From NCBI GenBank assembly GCA_963845755.1, contig CAWJTV010000047.1, positions 128,001 to 192,000 of the forward strand: a stretch of DNA of 64,000 nucleotides, written 5' to 3'. Both the position numbers and the translations under genes were made by a program. This document shows, piece by piece, positions 1 through 11,529 of this stretch. The notes under the pieces are model-generated. The model was not told the DNA's origin and searched no databases. It saw only the letters and a program-made list of their open reading frames with translations. This DNA is from an uncultured Planctomycetota bacterium. Lineage in GTDB: Bacteria; Planctomycetota; Planctomycetia; Isosphaerales; Isosphaeraceae. Every line of letters begins with the position of its first letter. The first letter of the stretch is position 1.

Positions 1-1282
1 CCGCGACTGTACGTTCCACGACAACCAGGCCATCGGAGTCGGCGACTTCGACGGCGCCGGCGGCGCCGGCGCGATTGGAGTCGGCAGCGGCGGCGGCACC
101 GGCGGTGCGATCGTCACGATCACCGACAGCTCGTTCGTGGACAACTCCGCGAGCGGGACGACCTCCGCGAGCGGGACCGAGCTCGCGGGAGACGGAGCCA
201 TCGGCCTCAGCGGTGCGTCCACGACCATCACCGGCTGTACGTTCACCGGCAACCAGGCGGTGGCCGGTAGCGACACCACTCCTCTGAGCTTTACCGGCGG
301 GCAGGCGACTGGCGGGGCGATCGGCAACTCGTCGATAACCTCTTACCAATACCCCGGTGGTACGACGGTCTTGGTGCCCGGCTCGCTGACGATCAGCGGC
401 AGCACGTTCATCGACAACATCGCGGAGGGTGGCCTCGGCATCCAATCCAGCCAGGGCGGCGCGATCGCCAATGCGAACCTGGGGACGACGCTGAACGTCT
501 CGTCCTGCCTCTTCATGGGCAACAGCGCCATCGGCGGCGCAGGCTACGTCCCCGTCTCCGGACTCGGCACGGGAGGCGGCACGGGCGCGGGAGGTGCCCT
601 GTGGAACTTCCTCGGGGCCACCGCGACGGTGACCGGCTCGACCTTCATCGGCAACAGCGCTGTCGGTGGCGCCACCGGACCGGCCACCGGCCCCTTCCAT
701 TATCAGGCCGGCAACGGCGAGGGGGGCGCCATCGACAACTCCTCTGGCAGCTCGCTCACCGTGACCGGATGCATCATCGCCGGCAACTCCGCCACCGGCG
801 GGAACGGCGCCATCGGCATCCCGGTCAACGACGAGACTGCCGGCGCAGGCCAAGGCGGCGGCATTTTCAGCCGCGACGGCTCGCTCCAGGTCACCGACAG
901 CACGATCTCGGGCAACGCCGCCGTCGCCGGCAACAACGCCTACAGCTTCTTCAACGGCGGCGGCATTTTCGACTACGGCGGCTCGCTCCAGGTCACCGAC
1001 AGTACGATCTCGGGCAACGCCGCGGTTGCCGGCACCAATGGCTACAGCGTCAACAACGGCGGCGGCGGCGTACGCGTCTCGGGGAGCTCGGCTCACGCCT
1101 CGTTCACCGACGTTCTGATCATCCTCAACTCGGCGACCGTCACCCCCGGCGACGGCAAAGCTTACGGCGGCGGACTCTACATCGGCACCGGCGCCATCAC
1201 CGTGCTGACCAACACCGAGGTCGTCGGCAACAAGGCCACCACCGGCGACAACAACATCTACGGCACCTATACCGACGGCTAG
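1..1282 (+). CDS. Gly-rich extracellular repeat protein (parallel beta-helix / polymorphic-membrane-protein-like), 5' end outside the window
   Basis: The frame is open from position 2. Repeated motifs (TFTGNQAVAG, GGAIxN, FIGNSAVGG, GGGLY) and a C-terminal GNKATTGDNNIYG typical of planctomycete extracellular proteins. Confidence 0.75.
   Translation, partial: RDCTFHDNQAIGVGDFDGAGGAGAIGVGSGGGTGGAIVTITDSSFVDNSASGTTSASGTELAGDGAIGLSGASTTITGCTFTGNQAVAGSDTTPLSFTGGQATGGAIGNSSITSYQYPGGTTVLVPGSLTISGSTFIDNIAEGGLGIQSSQGGAIANANLGTTLNVSSCLFMGNSAIGGAGYVPVSGLGTGGGTGAGGALWNFLGATATVTGSTFIGNSAVGGATGPATGPFHYQAGNGEGGAIDNSSGSSLTVTGCIIAGNSATGGNGAIGIPVNDETAGAGQGGGIFSRDGSLQVTDSTISGNAAVAGNNAYSFFNGGGIFDYGGSLQVTDSTISGNAAVAGTNGYSVNNGGGGVRVSGSSAHASFTDVLIILNSATVTPGDGKAYGGGLYIGTGAITVLTNTEVVGNKATTGDNNIYGTYTDG
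854..1066 (+). repeat. In-frame 102-bp tandem duplication within the CDS
   Basis: ggcggcggcattttc at 854 and 956; both copies encode GGGIFxxxGSLQVTDSTISGNAAVAG. Confidence 0.85.
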
Positions 1283-1533
1283 GAGGAGTCGACCGAGGTG
1301 CCCCGGATGTGGCGTGAGTCTCCCCGGTAAGGTGCCAGACCTATGTCTTCGCGGGCGTCGGAAGGAGCGGAAGCCATTGGCGATCCGCTCCGGACATCAC
1401 GGCGTCCGCACCTCGCTGCCCACATCTTCCCGAGGGAGAGAAAGCATCTGCAGTCCGCGCCGGTCGCCGCACTCACGGCGGTGGCGCATCGCTCCGACGC
1501 GAACCGATCCCGGCGCGTTCGACCGGCGTTTTC

Positions 1534-1788
1534 GTGACGTTTCACGTTCCTGGACGAACAACAAGAATCTCCATAGTGGGCCTGCGCGGATCCCGGACTT
1601 CGCACGGTCTCTCTCCCGCGCAGTCTCCTATCGCCGGGCGCCGGGTGCAACGGCGGCGGCGATTGGCGCCCGGTCGTCTGCCGCTGGAGGCCCGCGCCCT
1701 GTTGAGCACGCTCACCGTCACCAACGACGCCGACCTAGGTGTACCGAACCACCGGCCCGGAGATGAAACCGGACTAGCGGTCTGGTAG
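1534..1788 (+). pseudogene. Truncated N-terminus of a planctomycete LEPRxLL-type extracellular protein
   Basis: RRRRLAPGRLPLEARALLSTLTVTNDAD resembles the LExRxLLS-TxTVTN export motif; similarity ends at CTAG 1735. Confidence 0.55.
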
Positions 1789-1868
1789 ACTCGGATCCGG
1801 ACGCGGGTGGCAAACCCGCGGAAGGAACCCGGATTGGAAGTTCAAATGAGACGACCTGGACACGACTT

Positions 1869-2975
1869 ATGTCCACCTTGGGGCCTCGTCGATATCGGCT
1901 CACAGACTACGCCGTTCCGCCGCGGACGCGGCTGGCGCACGGGACGGTCTGGCGCACCTCGCGGCTCGTGCTTCAGGTCGTCTGCTGGATCTATGTTGGG
2001 ATCGTGCTGGTATTATACGGCGCGATGATATCGTCGTCACCCGAGTCCTGGATGGCGCACCTGTTGCTTTACTGCCCGCGCTGGCCGGTCTCCGTCCCGA
2101 CCCTCCTGCTGGTCCCCCTAGTCGTCTGGATGCGATTGCGATGGGAGGCATTAGCACTACTGGCGGTCGCGGCGACCATGTTCTTCGGGATCTGGGGATT
2201 CAACATCCCTTACGGGAACCTATTGCCCGTTGGCGTGCCAGCGAGACCGAGGCTGCGACTGTTGACTTTTAACGTCCAGAGAGGGGACCTGGATGTCCAG
2301 GGATTGGCCGGCGTGATCCTGGAAAGTGAGCCGGACCTTGTTTTACTCCAGGAGTATGGTCATGTCGATCCACATGTCATCCTGGGCCGGGGCGAATGGT
2401 ATGTGAGAACAGACGGAGAGTTTTGCCTGGCCAGTCGGCACCCGATCGAGAGTTTCGAGGCGCTGACCCGACCGGACAAGGACTATCGCATCATCGCGGT
2501 GCGGGCGAACGTCTCTTGGTTCGGTAAGCGGCTCCCGATCGTCTCCGTCCATCTCATGACACCTCGTCGAGGGATCGAGGCGGTCCTCTACGGGAAATGG
2601 CGAGGCATCGACGAAGTCCGGAAGATCGCGGCGGTCCAGCGATACGAGTCGGATCTCGTCCGGAGTTGGGTCGCCGGCAGCCCGGGATCGATACTGCTCG
2701 CCGGCGACTTCAACCTGACCTCGGAGCACTCCCTGTTTCGGCGAGACTGGTCGAATTACACCGATGCGTTTTCCCGCACATCCTGGGGACTCGGCCAAAC
2801 GATGTTCACCCGACGCATCGGATTGCGGATCGACCACATCCTCAGCGGGGAGGAATGGCGTCCGATCCGATGCTGGGTCGTCGATACGGACCTCGGCTCA
2901 GCCCATCGGGCCGTCATCGCCGATCTCATCGAAGACACCTACGAGGACGCTCCCGTCGGTGTCGAAGTGGAATAG
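1869..2975 (+). CDS. Membrane-anchored endonuclease/exonuclease/phosphatase (EEP) family protein
   Basis: N-terminal TM segments; motifs LTFNV, DLVLLQE, LAGDFN, RIDHI and terminal SAHR. Confidence 0.85.
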   Translation: MSTLGPRRYRLTDYAVPPRTRLAHGTVWRTSRLVLQVVCWIYVGIVLVLYGAMISSSPESWMAHLLLYCPRWPVSVPTLLLVPLVVWMRLRWEALALLAVAATMFFGIWGFNIPYGNLLPVGVPARPRLRLLTFNVQRGDLDVQGLAGVILESEPDLVLLQEYGHVDPHVILGRGEWYVRTDGEFCLASRHPIESFEALTRPDKDYRIIAVRANVSWFGKRLPIVSVHLMTPRRGIEAVLYGKWRGIDEVRKIAAVQRYESDLVRSWVAGSPGSILLAGDFNLTSEHSLFRRDWSNYTDAFSRTSWGLGQTMFTRRIGLRIDHILSGEEWRPIRCWVVDTDLGSAHRAVIADLIEDTYEDAPVGVEVE

Positions 2976-3025
2976 ACAAGGACCGAACTCGTGTCTCTCA
3001 GAGTCTGTTCCCTAAGTCCCCGCCT

Positions 3026-3242
3026 GAGCCCCCGGATGGGGGCGGAAGCACGTAGCCAGGGGCGTGAGCCCCTGGACGAGGCGAGTACCTCCGATCCGGG
3101 AAGCCCCGGAGGGGCGACAGAAACCCTGTGGCCCTGAGGACTTCTGTCGCCCCTGCGGGGCTCAAACGACGTTCGAGGGGGTCGCGGTCGATCGTCCAGG
3201 GGCTTACGCCCCTGGCTACGTCCGGTCGCCCCTCTGGGGCTC
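3026..3242. repeat. Nested REP/BIME-like inverted repeat (GTAGCCAGGGGCG family)
   Basis: 3050-3079 and 3192-3221 are inverted copies (29/30); 3102-3122 and 3142-3162 are inverted copies (20/21). Confidence 0.85.
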
Positions 3243-3310
3243 TTGGAACCGACACTCAGTAGGCAGTAGAGTCTTCCTCCGTAGGCTCCCTGCGCCGTGC
3301 GCGCGCCTCT

Positions 3311-3395
3311 GGGGATTCCGAATTCCGGATTCGCGATTCCCGATTCCCGGATCATTCCCCTTCGGGAATCCGGAATCGCGAATCGGGAATCCCGA
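3311..3395. repeat. Inverted arrays of degenerate 7-bp units (GATTCCS / SGGAATC)
   Basis: gattccg-aattccg-gattcgc-gattccc-gattccc followed by gggaatc-cggaatc-gcgaatc-gggaatc. Confidence 0.75.
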
Positions 3396-3511
3396 TCGGG
3401 TTGCGGCCGAAAGGTCGCGTTAGGAGCTGCTCGATCGGGTCTGACTACATTTCCGCTCTCTGCTCGAGCCGCCTATCGAGATTCGGTCTTCTCTTCGGGA
3501 TGGCCGGCCGA

Positions 3512-3534
3512 TAGAATAACTATCCGGTCAGTTA
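3512..3534 (+). promoter_or_regulatory. -10 box overlapping a probable TetR operator
   Basis: TAGAAT (3512-3517) abuts the imperfect palindrome TAACTATCCGGTCAGTTA (14/18), just upstream of the TetR start. Confidence 0.6.
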
Positions 3535-3556
3535 GTTACTGCTCGGAGACCTCTTG

Positions 3557-4235
3557 ATGGAAGACCCGATCGACCGTCCGCTGGCGCCGTCGCAAGGATT
3601 CCCGGCCGGGTGAGATCCTGGAGTCCGCCCTGGATTGCTTCGCCGAGCGGGGGTTCGCCGCCACGCGGCTCGAGGACGTCGCGGCCAGGGCCGGCGTCAC
3701 CAAGGGGACGGCTTACCTCTACTTCAAGAACAAGGAGGAGCTGTTCAAGGCGGTGGTGAGCCGCTACATCGTGCCGGTCATCCAGCAGCTTGAGTCCGCG
3801 GCAGAGGCCCCGGGGCCGGTGTCCGAGCTCTTGACGAAGGTCGCCGGGATGTTCGTCGAGAAGGTATACAGTACGCGCTTCTCGGCGCTTCCCAAGCTGG
3901 TGATCGCCGAGGCGAGCAATTTCCCCGAGCTGGCGCAGTTCTACCTCGACGAGGTCGTCGGCCGCGGCCGGCGGCTGCTCGCCTCGTTGCTGCGCCGGGG
4001 GATCAAGGACGGCGAGTTCCGCGCGGTCGACGTCGAGCACACGGTCTATTGCATGATCGCGCCGCTGGTGTTCTCGGCCTTGTGGAAGCATTCCCTGGGT
4101 CCCTACGACGTGAAGCCGCTCGACGCGGGTGCCCTGGTGCGCTGCCATATCGAGCTGCTGCTGCGTGGCCTCGCACCCGAGGAGCCCGTCGGCCGTGCGG
4201 GCGCCGCAAAACCGCGCTCCCGAAGAAAGACGTGA
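3557..4235 (+). CDS. TetR/AcrR family regulator (frameshift near 3578)
   Basis: The HTH EILESALDCFAERGFAATRLEDVAARAGVTKGTAYLYFKNKEELF lies in frame upstream of ORF 3753; the ATG at 3557 is in a different frame. Confidence 0.9.
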
Positions 4236-4278
4236 CAGTGCGGGAGGACAACCCGGCCGCCCGGCATGACCTCCCTTC

Positions 4279-4346
4279 GAGCACCCAAAAAAAGGGGGAC
4301 AGGCACCTCGAAGACTCGGAGCCAGTCCCCGTTTTTTTGGGTGCTC
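4279..4346. repeat. Miniature inverted-repeat element (GGGGACAGGCAC...GAGCCAGTCCCC type)
   Basis: gagcacccaaaaaaagggggac pairs with gtccccgtttttttgggtgctc, forming a long stem inside the operon. Confidence 0.75.
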
Positions 4347-4366
4347 TTCGCGAAAGGCCATTTGGC

Positions 4367-5462
4367 ATGACCAATCCCTCAGTGGAGCCACGTCGCGGAA
4401 CGGGTCCGGCCGCACAGGAGCCGCGGGATCCTCCGAGCCCCGCGCCACGCTACCGACCGCGACGACGAATCCTCCCCCGGCTGATCGTACTCCTGATCAT
4501 CGCCGGCGCCGTGGGAGGGGGAGCCTGGTACTACTTCGAGCACGGCAAGAAGGACGACGACAGACTCGTCCTCCAGGGAAACGTCGACGTCCGCCAGGTC
4601 AACCTCGCCTTCAAGGTCGAAGGACGGATCGAGGCCCTCACGGTTGACGAGGGCGATACGGTGAAACCGGGTCAGGTCATCGCAAGCCTCGATAAGCGTT
4701 ACTTCGACGACGAGTTACGATTCGCGCGCGCCCGGCGCGACAACCAGAAAGCGGTCCTCGATCGGCTCGAACATGGCTCGCGGCCGGAGGAGATCGCCGA
4801 GGCGAAGGCCATGGTCGCCGAGCGCCAGGCGACTCGGGACAATGCGCGGTTGGCCCTCGAACGGCGAGAGGCGCTGATGAAGCGAGGGTCTCTGACTCGC
4901 GAGGAGTACGACAACGCGCGGACCGCCACGAAGGAAGCCGAGGCCCGGATGAAGACGGCCGAGGAGTCGTTGCGGCTGGCCGAGATCGGACCGCGGCAGG
5001 AGGACATCGCGGGCGCCCGTGCCCAGCTCCGGGCCGAGGAGGCTTCCGTCAGTCAGGCCGAGCGCCGGCTGGCCGACAGCGACCTGCTCGCGCCGGGAGC
5101 CGGTGAGATCCTGACTCGGGCACGGGAACGCGGCGCGATCGTGTCGCCGGGCGAGACGGTCTTCACCCTGACGCTTTCCTCACCCGTCTGGGTCCGGACC
5201 TATGTCAACGAGACCGACCTCGGCCGGGTCGAGCCCAACATGGCCGCCTACGTCCGGACCGACTCCGCGCCGGGAAAGTCCTACCGGGGACACGTCGGGT
5301 TCATCTCGCCGACGGCCGAGTTTACTCCCAAGTCCGTCGAGACGCGCGAGCTGCGCACGGACCTGGTCTACCGACTTCGGATTGTCGTCGACAACCCCGA
5401 CGGCGGCTTGCGGCAGGGTATGCCGGTCACCGTCCGCTTCGACGAAACCGGCGGAGGTGCCC

Positions 5463-5473
<11 letters not shown>
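4367..5473 (+). CDS. ybhG: HlyD-family membrane fusion protein, YbhG-like
   Basis: One TM; LQGNVDVRQVNLAFKVEGRI; GFISPTAEFTPKSVETRELRTDLVYRLRI. Confidence 0.85.
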
Positions 5474-7187
<1,714 letters not shown>

Positions 7188-7207
<20 letters not shown>

Positions 7208-8346
7208 TTGGTCCGGCCGGCTCCGTCGCATCGTCGGCCTGATCCGCAAGGAGTCCTTGCAGATCGTTCGCGACCCCAGCAGCTACTTGATCGCCGTCGT
7301 ACTGCCGCTCCTGCTCCTGTTCATCTTCGGCTACGGAGTGTCGCTCGACCTGCAAGACGTGCCCGTCGGTCTGGTGATCGAGCAGCCGTCGCCCGAGGCC
7401 GAGAGCCTGACGGCCTCGTTCCGCAACTCGCGCGTATTCCACGATCCGCATCGCACGGCACCGCTCCGAGGTGGAGGACGACCTGGTTTCCGGCCGGCTC
7501 AAGGCGGTGGTCGTCCTGGCGGCCGACTTCGCCGAGCGACTGGGCCGCGGTGAGACCGCGCCGGTGCAGGTCATCGTCGACGGCAGCGACCCGAACACCG
7601 CCGGGCTCGCCGAGAACTACGTGCAGGGCGTCTGGGCCAACTGGCTCCAGCAGGAGGCTGTCTCGGCCGGTGGACTTGCCGTCCGGCCCACGGCAGCGCC
7701 TCGGATCATTGCCCAGCCGCGGTTCTGGTTCAACCCGCAGATCGACAGCCGCGACTTCCTGATCCCGGGCGCCGTTGCGATCAACATGACGCTGATTGGC
7801 ACGCTGCTGACCGCGCTCGTCGTGGCCCGCGAGTGGGAGCGCGGGACGATGGAGGCGCTGATGGCGACCCCGGCGGGCGTCGCCGACTTTTTGCTCGGCA
7901 AGCTCATCCCCTACTTCGTGCTGGGGATGGCCGCGATGGTCCTCTCGGTGATCACGTCCATCACCGTTTTCCGGGTGCCGTTCCGCGGCTCGGCCGCGGC
8001 GCTTGCGATGGTGTCCGCCGCGTTCCTTTCCGCGATGCTGCCGCTGGGCTTGTTGATCTCGACGGTGACGAAGAACCAGTTCGCCGCCAGCCAGGCTGCG
8101 CTGATGGCCGCCTTCTTGCCCGCGTTCCAGCTCTCGGGCTTCATCTTCGAGATCGACAGCATGCCCGCGCCGATCCGGCTCTTCACCCGGATCTTGCCGG
8201 CCCGTTATTTCGTATCGAGCCTCCAGACGCTCTTCCTCGCCGGTGACGTGGCCAGCGTCCTGATCCCGGACACGCTGGCCCTCCTGACCATCGCGGCCGT
8301 GCTCAACCTGTTGCTCGTCCGCTCGACCCGCATGAGGCTGGAGTGA
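7188..8346 (+). CDS. ybhS: ABC-2 permease, YbhS-like (frameshift near 7445-7470)
   Basis: KESLQIVRDPSS, then VDGSDPNTAG and VAREWERGTMEALMATP. Confidence 0.85.
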
Positions 8347-8350
8347 GGCC

Positions 8351-9460
8351 ATGTGGCAGCGCATTCGCTCGCTCATCGTCAAGGAACTCCTCGCCGTCCT
8401 GCGTGACCCGCGCGGCCGCTATATCCTCATCGTGCCGCCGATCCTCCAGATGCTCGTCTTTTCCTTTGCCGCCACGGAAGAGGTGAAGAACGTGCGGATG
8501 GCCGTCCTGAACGAGGACTACGGCACCGCCGCGCGCGACCTGGTTGCGCGGTTCGAGGGCTCGACAAACTTCACCGAGATCCGGTATCTCCGCGGCGAGG
8601 CCGAGATCGCCCCGGCCATCGACTCGCGGAGCGTGCTCATGGTCCTCCGCTTCGGACCGGACTTCTCGCGGAGGCTGGTGGGCGAGATGCCGGCCGAGGT
8701 CCAGCTCATCCTCGACGGCCGGCGCTCCAACGCGGCCCAGATCGTCGCCGGTTATTCGCAAGCCATCTTCGATGCGTTTGACCGGGAGCTCGCCGCCACG
8801 CGACGCACGCCGCCGCCGCCGAGTGTCGTCGCCGCACGCGTGTGGTTCAACCCGAACCTGGAAACCACATGGAACACCGTGCCCAGCCTGGTGGCCATCC
8901 TCACGACCCTGATGGGACTGGTCGTCACGGCGCTCTCCGTCGCCCGCGAACGCGAGCTCGGCACGTTCGAGCAGCTCCTCGTCTCGCCGCTCGAACCGTT
9001 CGAGATCGTCATCGGCAAGACGGTGCCATCGCTGATCATCGGGCTGGCCGAGGGAACCATCATGCTCCTGGTCGGGATCTTCTGCTTCCGCGTCCCATTC
9101 CAGGGGTCGTTCGTGCTGCTCTATCTGGCCATGACGGTCTTTCTCGCGGCCGTGATCGGTGTTGGGCTCTTTATCTCGTCGCTGGCGACGACCCAGCAGC
9201 AGGGGATCCTGGGTGCGTTCGTGTTCATGGTGCCGTCAATCCTGCTGTCCGGCTTCGCCACGCCGATCGAAAACATGCCCGAGTGGCTCCAGACTCTGAC
9301 CCTGGCGAACCCGTTGCGATATTACCTGGCGATCATCAAGGGCGTGTTCCTCAAGGGCATGCCCGCGACGATCGTGATCCAACTACTTTGGCCATTAGCC
9401 GTGATCGCGCTGGTGACGCTCTCGGCGTCAACCTGGCTTTTCCGCCACCGCGTCGAGTGA
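8351..9460 (+). CDS. ybhR: ABC-2 permease, YbhR-like
   Basis: KELLAVLRDPR, LDGRRSNAAQI, SVARERELGTFEQLLVSP. Confidence 0.88.
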   Translation: MWQRIRSLIVKELLAVLRDPRGRYILIVPPILQMLVFSFAATEEVKNVRMAVLNEDYGTAARDLVARFEGSTNFTEIRYLRGEAEIAPAIDSRSVLMVLRFGPDFSRRLVGEMPAEVQLILDGRRSNAAQIVAGYSQAIFDAFDRELAATRRTPPPPSVVAARVWFNPNLETTWNTVPSLVAILTTLMGLVVTALSVARERELGTFEQLLVSPLEPFEIVIGKTVPSLIIGLAEGTIMLLVGIFCFRVPFQGSFVLLYLAMTVFLAAVIGVGLFISSLATTQQQGILGAFVFMVPSILLSGFATPIENMPEWLQTLTLANPLRYYLAIIKGVFLKGMPATIVIQLLWPLAVIALVTLSASTWLFRHRVE

Positions 9461-9478
9461 AGACTGGGGAGTCCTGAT

Positions 9479-10180
9479 TCACGCCTCATCGTCCGCAAAC
9501 AGGTCGCTCAGGGGTAGGACGAAGCCCGGCAAGACGTCGCCGCCGTCGAGCGATTCCTCTTCCTTGATCAGGACCGACTGGTTAACCGCCGTATAGACGC
9601 GTGCGGTCCGCTTCCTCGGGTCGATCATCCAGACCAATCGCACGACAGCGGCGAAGTATTCCCCGAGTTTCTTCTTCATTTCGGCCTTGGTGTTGCTCTT
9701 GCCGAGTACCTCAACCGCGAGGTCCGGGGCCAGTTCGGGAATCGGCTCCTTGGGCCGCTTGCGATTCGGGAGCCGGTCCCACGAGGTGAAGGCCACGTCA
9801 GGAATGCGGACGAGGCCGGCGAAGAGCCGAATTGTGCCGGCTTCGCCCGTCACGATCCCCAGCTTGTGCCGGCGCACGAACGAGCCTAATAAGATGATGA
9901 CCGTCACTGCGATCGCCGACTCTTCGTAGCCCATGGGCTTCTCCACCAGCGTACGCTCGACGAGCTCACAGGGCCGGTTCTCTCGATCGAGGATCTTAAT
10001 CACATCCTTCTCCGTTGCTGTGCCGGGAGTGGGACGAAGCCGCACGCGCTCGGGCGGAATATCTCCCAGCCGCTTCAGGAGGTCGCCCATCGTCGTCACG
10101 TCCTCCAGAGGTGCAAGGGGAGCCGAGAGAGTCTTGGGCTTCCGCCGCGGCCTGGATTTCAAGGCAGGTGTTGGAGCCAT
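9479..10180 (-). CDS. Uma2 (DUF820) family putative endonuclease
   Basis: RIPDVAF, APDLAVEVL, VRLVWMIDP, LDGGDVLPGF. Confidence 0.9.
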   Translation of the reverse strand: MAPTPALKSRPRRKPKTLSAPLAPLEDVTTMGDLLKRLGDIPPERVRLRPTPGTATEKDVIKILDRENRPCELVERTLVEKPMGYEESAIAVTVIILLGSFVRRHKLGIVTGEAGTIRLFAGLVRIPDVAFTSWDRLPNRKRPKEPIPELAPDLAVEVLGKSNTKAEMKKKLGEYFAAVVRLVWMIDPRKRTARVYTAVNQSVLIKEEESLDGGDVLPGFVLPLSDLFADDEA

Positions 10181-10300
10181 CGCGAGGGAACCTCCGGTCT
10201 GGATTTTGTCCCGCCGAGGAAGTGAGCATTCCTATTATACGATGGGCCTTGGCCCGCGTCTCGGCGACAGCGGACCGCGTATCGATGAAATCGCGGATCC

Positions 10301-11480
10301 TCACGCATTGCCCTTCTGCCAGGCCAGGCCGATCGTCGCCACGGCCGCAGCCAGGGCGGGATCCGCATTGATGCGGACCACGGCTGCCTGGCAGGCATGT
10401 CGGACGGTGGCCGGGTCCCGGCCGCCGAAATAGCTCCCGATCACGGCGAAGCTGGAACCGGTGTGCGTCCGGGCGAGATGCATGGCCAGGTGGCGCGCCT
10501 CGACGATCGACGCCCGCCGACTCGGTCCGCGCAAGACGCTGAGGCGAACGCCGAACTTCGTCGCCACGGATCGGGCGACCGCCTCAACGGTCAAAGTCCG
10601 CCCGGCCAGTAGGGTCTCCTCCGCCAGGATCGCGGCGACCGACTCCAGGTCGAGCGCGCGGGTTGCGCGACCCAGGCGGCGACCCTCCGTCGCGCGCGTA
10701 CCGTGCGGCGCATGCCCGAGCCGGGCTTCCAGGGCCAGCCGCGCGATCCAGCCGTCGAGGGTGCGGTAGCCGTCGGCCGCCTCCGCAAGCCGCTCGACGG
10801 CGTCGGCCAGGAGGGTCACTTCGTGCTGGGCGGCAGCGTGGAGGATAAAACGTCGCCGCGAGGCGAGGGCGGGCGGGTCGATCCGGACCGTCAAACCACC
10901 GAGCAAGCGATTGATCAGCCGGGCCGGCCACTCGCGTCGCGGCCACGTCGCGGGCGCGGACCGGGCCGAGGTCGCGATGCCGGCCCCGGCGGCCTCGAGC
11001 GCATCGAGCGTGTGGGCCAGCTCCTCGCGGGCCGACGGGGTGCGCTCCAGGCCCTCCAGGTCTTCGATGATGAAGAGGTTGACACCGCGCAGTCGATCCC
11101 GCAGAGCCGCCCAGCCGTCGCCCTCTCCAGCCGCCTCGACACACGCCGCGGCGAACGTCTCGGCGTTCAAATGCGCCACCGCCGAACCCGGCTCCCGGCG
11201 CAGCCGCTCGACCACCAGGCCCGCCAGGAGTCGCGACTTTCCCACGCCCGAGCCGCCGTGCACGACCAGCGGCGAGATCCCCTGTGGATCTCCCCGCGCG
11301 ATCGCCTGAGCACCCGCCATCGCCAGCTCGTTCTCCGGGCCAACGACGTAACCGTCCCAGGGATGGGGCGCTCGTCCCGGGATCGCGGGTGTCCGCGATA
11401 TCGGCCGGCGAGCTGTCATCCAGGCTTCCCGGCTCCGTGGTCGGATTCGCGGTCACGATCGTTTTCGTCGCGGGTTCCAT
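10301..11480 (-). CDS. DnaA/Hda-family AAA+ protein with a DnaA C-terminal HTH, lacking domains I-II (probable frameshift near 11360; alternative start 11419)
   Basis: YVVGPENELA, Walker A GGSGVGKS, IIEDL, RLINRLLGGL, ARHLAMHLAR, IGSYFGGRDPATV. Confidence 0.8.
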
Positions 11481-11529
11481 GCCGGTTGACGGCCTCCTGC
11501 CGGGGGGCCAGCATTCGACACTTCCTCGA

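Noticed and set aside
9479..10180. Uma2 as part of a defence island
   Set aside because: It is a solitary member of a family widely expanded in planctomycetes, with no partner defence genes.
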